Shown here: piece by piece, positions 57,883-64,000 of the stretch
Position numbering within the stretch: position 1 is the first letter of the stretch
Layout: each line of letters starts with the position of its first letter
From: Myxococcota bacterium
GTDB taxonomy: Bacteria; Myxococcota_A; UBA796; CAJQPC01
Assembly: GCA_036012755.1 (NCBI GenBank)
Contig: DASCPX010000040.1
Coordinates: forward strand, 68,800-132,799
Reading direction: 5' to 3'
Length of the DNA: 64,000 nt
The notes under the pieces: model-generated
The model's database searches: none
Told to the model about the DNA's origin: nothing
The model's input: only the letters and a program-made list of their open reading frames with translations
Position numbers and translations under genes: made by a program

Positions 57883-60800
57883 ATGACGACCCTTTCGCGG
57901 ACGCAGTACCTCGCTCTTCTTGCTGCACCCCTCGCTGTCCTCGTTGCGCCGATCGAAGCCGAAGCGGCTGATGTCTTCGCTGCTCCCGGCCACGCCCAGA
58001 TGCTGCCGGCATCCCTCGTGGGTGACGGTTCCACGGAGGCGACGCTCCACATCGTGGCGTTCGCGCCTGACGGAAGCCCCCTCGAAGGAGTGAAGGGCAA
58101 GGTGACCGCCACCTCCGGAACCGTGGGCTCGCTCACGGCAAAGGGTGGGGGTGTCTACGCCTTCTCGTTCACCCCAGCGGAGTCCGCCGCCGCGGGCGAG
58201 GTCAGCTTCACGCTCAGGGCCAAGACCACGACAAAGGCCAGCTTCGACAAGAGCTGGACCCTGCCGGTCTCACCGCGGCCGCCCGCCACCGTGTCGATCA
58301 GCGCGAACCCCTCGGAGCTGATCCTCGGTCAGGACAAGACGACCGCGCTGTCGATCAAGCTCACGGACGCCGCCGGCAACGCGATCGCAGATGGCGCCGA
58401 GGTCTCGGTGCGCGCGAGCTCCGGCAGCGTCGAGGCGATCACCTACCTGGGCAACGGGACATACACCGCGCGCTACGCAGCGAAGGCGGTCAACTACCCC
58501 CACCTCGACATGGTCACCGTGGCCGACGCGCGGAACCCGGACGAGGTCTACGGCGTCTTCGCCCTTCAGCTCACCGGCAAGACCGACTTCCCGGTGTCGG
58601 CAGGCCCCAACGCCACCGTCATCATCAAGGTCGGCGGACGGGACTTCGGTCCCTACACGACCGACACGACCGGGCGCGCTCGCGTTCCGATCATGGTGCC
58701 TCCGGGAGCGGGCTCCGCCACCGTCGTCACCGTCAACCCCGACGGCTCCACGGAGGAGACCCCGCTCGACCTGAAGATCCCGGAGACAAGACGCGTCGCG
58801 CTGTTCCCGCTCGATGCGACGATCGCCGGGGACAGCACCCAGACCGTCACCGTCCGCGCCGCAGTGCGCACACCCACCGGGAGCCCCGACACCACCGCCA
58901 AGGTCACGCTGAAGACCTCGATGGGCACGATGGGCGCGACGACGCACGAGGGCAAGGGCATCTACGCAGCGACCTGGAGCCCCCCCGACCTGGTCACGGC
59001 CGACTCGATCGACGTGACCGCGTCCATCGACGGGGAGCCCGGGCTCCAGACGGACACCCTGTCGGTGGCGGTGGGAGCCGCTCCTGCGACCAGCGTGACG
59101 CTGAGCTCGGAGCCCACATCGCTGAGCGCGTCTACGACCGGCTTCAAGCTCTACACCAAGGTGGAGAGCGCCTCCGGCAAGGGCCTCGACGGACGGGAGC
59201 TCGTCTGGATGGTCAACGGCGCAGAGGTCAAGGGGACGAAGGACCTCCACAGCGGCGACTACACCTCGACCTTCTCGACCAGCGGGAAGGAGGGCGTCCA
59301 GGTCACCGCGATGGTGCCTGGCGCCATCTCGGGGAACCCGCTCCACCGGATCGTCGTCCTGCCGGAGACCGAGCGCATCGCCAACGACGGACGCACCCTG
59401 ACGGGCGTCGTCGTGCTGACGGTCGACCGCTTCGGATACCCGGTGCCGGACGTCGACGTGGCCCTCAAGCTGGTCGGCGACGGCAAGCTCCAGAAGACCG
59501 TCACCACCGACGAGAACGGGACGGCCCGCGTCTACCACACGGCGGGCTCGACGGCCGGAGTCAGCTGGCTCCAGGCCCACAGCGGCGAAGTCTTCGGGAG
59601 CGCCGCGATGCTGCAGCTGCCGGCGGACGTGGCTCCGGGCTTCGAGCTCCCCACCTCCGGCGACGCGGCCACGGTCGCGAGCGCCGAACGCTTCGACAAG
59701 GCGATCGCCACGCTGGTGATCCCTCGGGCGGGCAGCGCGGCGATCGCCGGTGCGGCGCCGGGGGATGTGACCGGGAAGGCCGGCGCGCTGGCCACCCTCG
59801 AGGCCTCCGCCTCGCCCAGCGAGGTCGCTCCGGGCGGTACGGTCACCATCAACATCTCCGCAAAGGACGCCGAAGGTCGCGGGGTGGCCGGACAGAGCCT
59901 GACCGCGCTCACCAGCGTCGGCACGATGGCCGCTGTCAGCGACGCTGGAGGCGGAAGCTACTCGGCGACCCTCACGGTGCCCGAGTCCGCCCTGGGTGTC
60001 GCCATGGTCGTGATCACCTCTGGTGACGGCAGCGTCTCCAGGGCCATCCAGGTGCCCGTGGATGCGCCCGCTTGGGGCTCTACGGAGCCCGCGGTCGCCG
60101 AGCCCGAGCCCGTCGTCGAGCCGACCCCGGTTGTCGAGCCGACCCCGATCGTCGAGCCGACCCCGACGAAGGAGCGGACGACATCGGACTTCCCGCAGGT
60201 CCGAGCCCACATAGGCGGCGTGCTGGGCAACTACAGCTACACGCAGACCCGCACAGAGGTCGAGAGCGTCCTGTGGGACGACAACGTCAACCTCGGCACC
60301 TCGGGCCAGGACGACGACGCCCCCGCCGGCGCCAGCGGCTTCGACCTCAACGTCCAGGGCTGGACCCGTCCGCTGGTCGCAGACGCCGTCAGCGTCGGAG
60401 GCGAGGCCCAGGTCCGCACGACCTTCTACAGCGTGCAGTGGCCAGGCACCGACGCAGAGGACGCCATCGATGACGGCGTGCCCCACCTGACGGCGCTGGG
60501 CAAGGTGCGCTACGCCTTCGAGAGTGGAAACAACCAGTTCCACGTCGGAGCGAAGGTCGGCTACGGATACGGTGACTTCATCACCTACCAGAAGGGCACC
60601 GCCGAAGGCCTGCTGGGCTTCGACAGCCTGCCGCTCCACAGCCTCAACCTCGGAGCCGAGATCGGCGCGACCTTTGGCGATCGCGCGCATGTCAGGGCCG
60701 ACTTCGTCGAGGGTTTCTACGGAACCACCCCCTACTCGATGAACATCGCCTTCGACGCGGGCGTGAAGCCCTCGACCTCCCTGCCGGTCTTCGTGGCCGC

Positions 60801-60921
60801 GGGCTTCCAGCTCACCGACCGCACGATCGAGATCGTCGCAGCCGGCGAGGAGGCCACGCAGGTCGGCTCGCTGTCCGACACGCAGATGCTCGTCTACCTG
60901 GGTCCCGGCTTCGAGTTCTAA
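57883..60921 (+). CDS. Invasin/Big-like Ig-repeat protein with Pro-rich linker and C-terminal beta-barrel
   Basis: Repeated GNGTYTARY / GKGIYAATW / GGGSYSATL and DAAGNA / DRFGYPV motifs; (EPTPVV)n linker; amphipathic strands ending GPGFEF. Confidence 0.85.
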   Translation: MTTLSRTQYLALLAAPLAVLVAPIEAEAADVFAAPGHAQMLPASLVGDGSTEATLHIVAFAPDGSPLEGVKGKVTATSGTVGSLTAKGGGVYAFSFTPAESAAAGEVSFTLRAKTTTKASFDKSWTLPVSPRPPATVSISANPSELILGQDKTTALSIKLTDAAGNAIADGAEVSVRASSGSVEAITYLGNGTYTARYAAKAVNYPHLDMVTVADARNPDEVYGVFALQLTGKTDFPVSAGPNATVIIKVGGRDFGPYTTDTTGRARVPIMVPPGAGSATVVTVNPDGSTEETPLDLKIPETRRVALFPLDATIAGDSTQTVTVRAAVRTPTGSPDTTAKVTLKTSMGTMGATTHEGKGIYAATWSPPDLVTADSIDVTASIDGEPGLQTDTLSVAVGAAPATSVTLSSEPTSLSASTTGFKLYTKVESASGKGLDGRELVWMVNGAEVKGTKDLHSGDYTSTFSTSGKEGVQVTAMVPGAISGNPLHRIVVLPETERIANDGRTLTGVVVLTVDRFGYPVPDVDVALKLVGDGKLQKTVTTDENGTARVYHTAGSTAGVSWLQAHSGEVFGSAAMLQLPADVAPGFELPTSGDAATVASAERFDKAIATLVIPRAGSAAIAGAAPGDVTGKAGALATLEASASPSEVAPGGTVTINISAKDAEGRGVAGQSLTALTSVGTMAAVSDAGGGSYSATLTVPESALGVAMVVITSGDGSVSRAIQVPVDAPAWGSTEPAVAEPEPVVEPTPVVEPTPIVEPTPTKERTTSDFPQVRAHIGGVLGNYSYTQTRTEVESVLWDDNVNLGTSGQDDDAPAGASGFDLNVQGWTRPLVADAVSVGGEAQVRTTFYSVQWPGTDAEDAIDDGVPHLTALGKVRYAFESGNNQFHVGAKVGYGYGDFITYQKGTAEGLLGFDSLPLHSLNLGAEIGATFGDRAHVRADFVEGFYGTTPYSMNIAFDAGVKPSTSLPVFVAAGFQLTDRTIEIVAAGEEATQVGSLSDTQMLVYLGPGFEF

Positions 60922-61637
60922 CCCCGGCTGATGGTCACGCGACGAAGCTCGACGGCCACCAGCGGCTTGTCGAGCCCGTCGCGCTCGACCCCGGCGATCT
61001 CCCGGACGACGTCGAGCTCCTCGCACTCCCCGAAGATGGTGTGGCGCCCGTTGAGGGTCTGTTGGGCGCCAGCGGTGATGAAGAACTGGGAGCCGTTGGT
61101 GTTTGGCCCCGCGTTCGCCATCGCCAGCAGACCGGGGCGGTCGAAGACCAGCTCGGAGACGATCTCGTCCTCGAACTTGTAGCCAGGACCGCCGGTCCCG
61201 TTGCCCAGGGGATCCCCTCCCTGGATCATGAAACCAGGGATGACTCGGTGGAAGCTGGTCCCGTCGTAGAGCCTGCGATCGACCTCGAGCCCCGTGCGTG
61301 GGTCGCGCCAGCTCCGAGTGCCCTCGGCGAGCTCCACGAAGTTGAGCACGGTGATCGGCGCCTTGTCGGGCCACAGGACGCAGTGGATCGTGCCCATCGC
61401 CGTGTCCAGCGTCGCGGTCAGGCCCTCGTCGCCCTCGACTCCCAGCCGGTTCAGGGTCTCCCGAACGCGCTGGTCGTCCAAGCGACCCTCGAGCGTCTCC
61501 GACCGGGACTTCCAGGCGTCCCGCTGTTGCTCGGCGGTCTCGAGCTCGACCTCCAGCCGCTCGACTCGAGCCGACAGTTCATCCCGCTCGGCCAACAACT
61601 CGGCCGGAGGTCCACACGACAACAGCATCCACAGCAT
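60918..61637 (-). CDS. Cyclophilin-type peptidyl-prolyl isomerase with N-terminal coiled coil, putative lipoprotein
   Basis: [40 protein letters not shown]. Confidence 0.95.
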   Translation of the reverse strand: MLWMLLSCGPPAELLAERDELSARVERLEVELETAEQQRDAWKSRSETLEGRLDDQRVRETLNRLGVEGDEGLTATLDTAMGTIHCVLWPDKAPITVLNFVELAEGTRSWRDPRTGLEVDRRLYDGTSFHRVIPGFMIQGGDPLGNGTGGPGYKFEDEIVSELVFDRPGLLAMANAGPNTNGSQFFITAGAQQTLNGRHTIFGECEELDVVREIAGVERDGLDKPLVAVELRRVTISRG

Positions 61638-61663
61638 GGCGAGAACCTATCGCGTGTTAGGCC

Positions 61664-62416
61664 ATGAGCATGCGTTGCGCGCTCGTCCTCCTCGTCTCCG
61701 GCCTGACCGCCTGCTCCAACATGGCCATCGAAGGTGACATCGTGGATGTCACCGGCACCCCCATCGTGGGCGCCAACATCTCCGCCGTGGGCGCCCCGAC
61801 GTGCATGACGACCACTGACGAGGCCGGCCACTTCGAGCTGGTCTGCGCGCCGGCCGTCTACACGGTGAACATCGGCGCGGCCGGCTACATCTCGGAGACC
61901 CTCGACAACTTCGACGCCAGCGAACGCCAGCGCTACCCGGTGGGACGAAAGGTCCTCATCAAGATCCCCATCGAGGAGGGTCTGCTCAAGTTCGACGGCC
62001 AGTCCTACAAGTCGATGGAGCCAGGTGTCGTGGTGAAGCGCGCCGGAGGCAAGGGCGTCTCCGCCTACCGGCACTACTGCCTCGAAGAGGACCACGACAA
62101 CCCCGTGAACAGGATGCCGAAGGGCGCGGTCGCCTTCTTCGACAACGAGTCCGACGGCTGGCGCCCCTTCCGCCTCGATACGGAAGGCTGCGCCTACCGC
62201 ATGAGTCCGACCACCGAGTCTCGCTGGGGCGTCGACTACGCGGAGAAGGCCGAGTTCGAGACGAAGGTGGTCGAACAGGGAAAGGAGATCGTGCTCATCA
62301 CCTTCGAGCCCGGCGCCTACTTCATCGCCGACTGGGAGCGGGGCCACTTCACGAAGGTCAGGAACGACCAGGGGGAGACCATCGGCTACAGCGGCTTCTA
62401 CGTCGAGGTGAAGTAG
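61664..62416 (+). CDS. Lipoprotein with carboxypeptidase-regulatory-like domain
   Basis: ..SGLTA|C; IEGDIVD..PIVGANI..TTDEAGHF..AAGY. Confidence 0.82.
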   Translation: MSMRCALVLLVSGLTACSNMAIEGDIVDVTGTPIVGANISAVGAPTCMTTTDEAGHFELVCAPAVYTVNIGAAGYISETLDNFDASERQRYPVGRKVLIKIPIEEGLLKFDGQSYKSMEPGVVVKRAGGKGVSAYRHYCLEEDHDNPVNRMPKGAVAFFDNESDGWRPFRLDTEGCAYRMSPTTESRWGVDYAEKAEFETKVVEQGKEIVLITFEPGAYFIADWERGHFTKVRNDQGETIGYSGFYVEVK

Positions 62417-62470
62417 CCGCTGCCCTCATCGGGGGTTAGGGTCCGGGGTCCCCAGGGGTCCGGAGGATCG

Positions 62471-63010
62471 GTGGAGTTCAAGGTCGGCGACAAGGCGGTG
62501 TACCCAGCTCACGGTGTCGGGATCATCCGCGCCATCGAGACCAAGACGATGGAGGGTGCGTCCGCCACCTTCTACGAGATCAAGATCCTCGACAACGGCA
62601 TGAAGATCTGGGTCCCGGTCGAGAAGGCCTACGCCAACGGCATGCGGCAGATCATCGACGCGGAGGACGTGGACAAGGTCTACGACATCCTCCGAGACCG
62701 CGAGACGCCAACGGACAACCAGACCTGGAACCGGCGTTACCGCGAGTACATGCAGAAGATCAAGACGGGGGATCCGCTCGAGGTCGCCAAGGTCCTGCGT
62801 GATCTCGCGCTCATGAAGATGGAGAAGAACCTCTCCTTCGGCGAGCGCAAGATGTTCGACCAGGCCCAGTCCCTGCTGGTCCAGGAGATCGCCGTGGCCA
62901 AGGACAGCGAGGAAGACGCCGTCCGAGCGGAGATCGAAGGCCTCTTCGTGAAGGAGGAGACCGACGAGGAGTCTTCGAAGAAGAAGAGCAAGAAGAAGAA
63001 GAAGAAGTAG
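62471..63010 (+). CDS. cdnL: CarD/CdnL-family RNA polymerase-binding protein
   Basis: FKVGDKAVYPAHGVG, QTWNRRYRE, LSFGERKM. Confidence 0.92.
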   Translation: MEFKVGDKAVYPAHGVGIIRAIETKTMEGASATFYEIKILDNGMKIWVPVEKAYANGMRQIIDAEDVDKVYDILRDRETPTDNQTWNRRYREYMQKIKTGDPLEVAKVLRDLALMKMEKNLSFGERKMFDQAQSLLVQEIAVAKDSEEDAVRAEIEGLFVKEETDEESSKKKSKKKKKK

Positions 63011-63040
63011 TCAGGATCGCGGCTCGCGGAGGGGCACACC

Positions 63041-64000
<960 letters not shown>

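Noticed and set aside
60100..60170. 18-bp tandem repeats
   Set aside because: They encode the EPTPVV linker; they are not CRISPR repeats or mobile-element ends.

Overview
A 64-kb stretch of a high-GC bacterial chromosome, probably Myxococcota. The evidence for that is a pilB-pilC-pilS-pilR-pilA-pilG-type pilus locus, cdnL next to cysS, and many TPR proteins and lipoproteins. I see no rRNA, tRNA, CRISPR array, IS element or prophage. Core content, left to right: a TamA/BamA-family gene; recX-rpmG-rpsD; a FimT/GspH-like pilin; a ~600-bp non-coding region with clustered DnaA-box-like 9-mers and an NrdR-like box (candidate oriC, no dnaA in view); a 10-gene Mrp Na+/H+ antiporter operon; BtpA; a FadR-like TetR with etfBA; folK in frame with transaldolase; a type IVa pilus locus with two pilins, a TMTC-like glycosyltransferase and no pilT; VIT-vWA, CAP, sulfatase and B12 radical SAM genes; a TerB-FHA-ABC exporter operon; an Ig-repeat beta-barrel protein; a cyclophilin; cdnL; and the start of cysS. 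The strongest novelty candidates: (1) a 273-aa protein (16014-16835) that appears to fuse a dead UmuD/LexA-type S24 domain to a finger-less Y-family polymerase palm, carries two beta-clamp motifs and sits behind an SOS-box-like operator; (2) about ten lipoproteins with ultrashort, uncharged signal peptides, five of them apparently leaderless; (3) the detached oriC-like locus; (4) a possible TMTC-type pilin glycosylation system. All family calls come from motif recognition by eye; no database searches were run. Two apparent single-base homopolymer deletions suggest some assembly indel noise.
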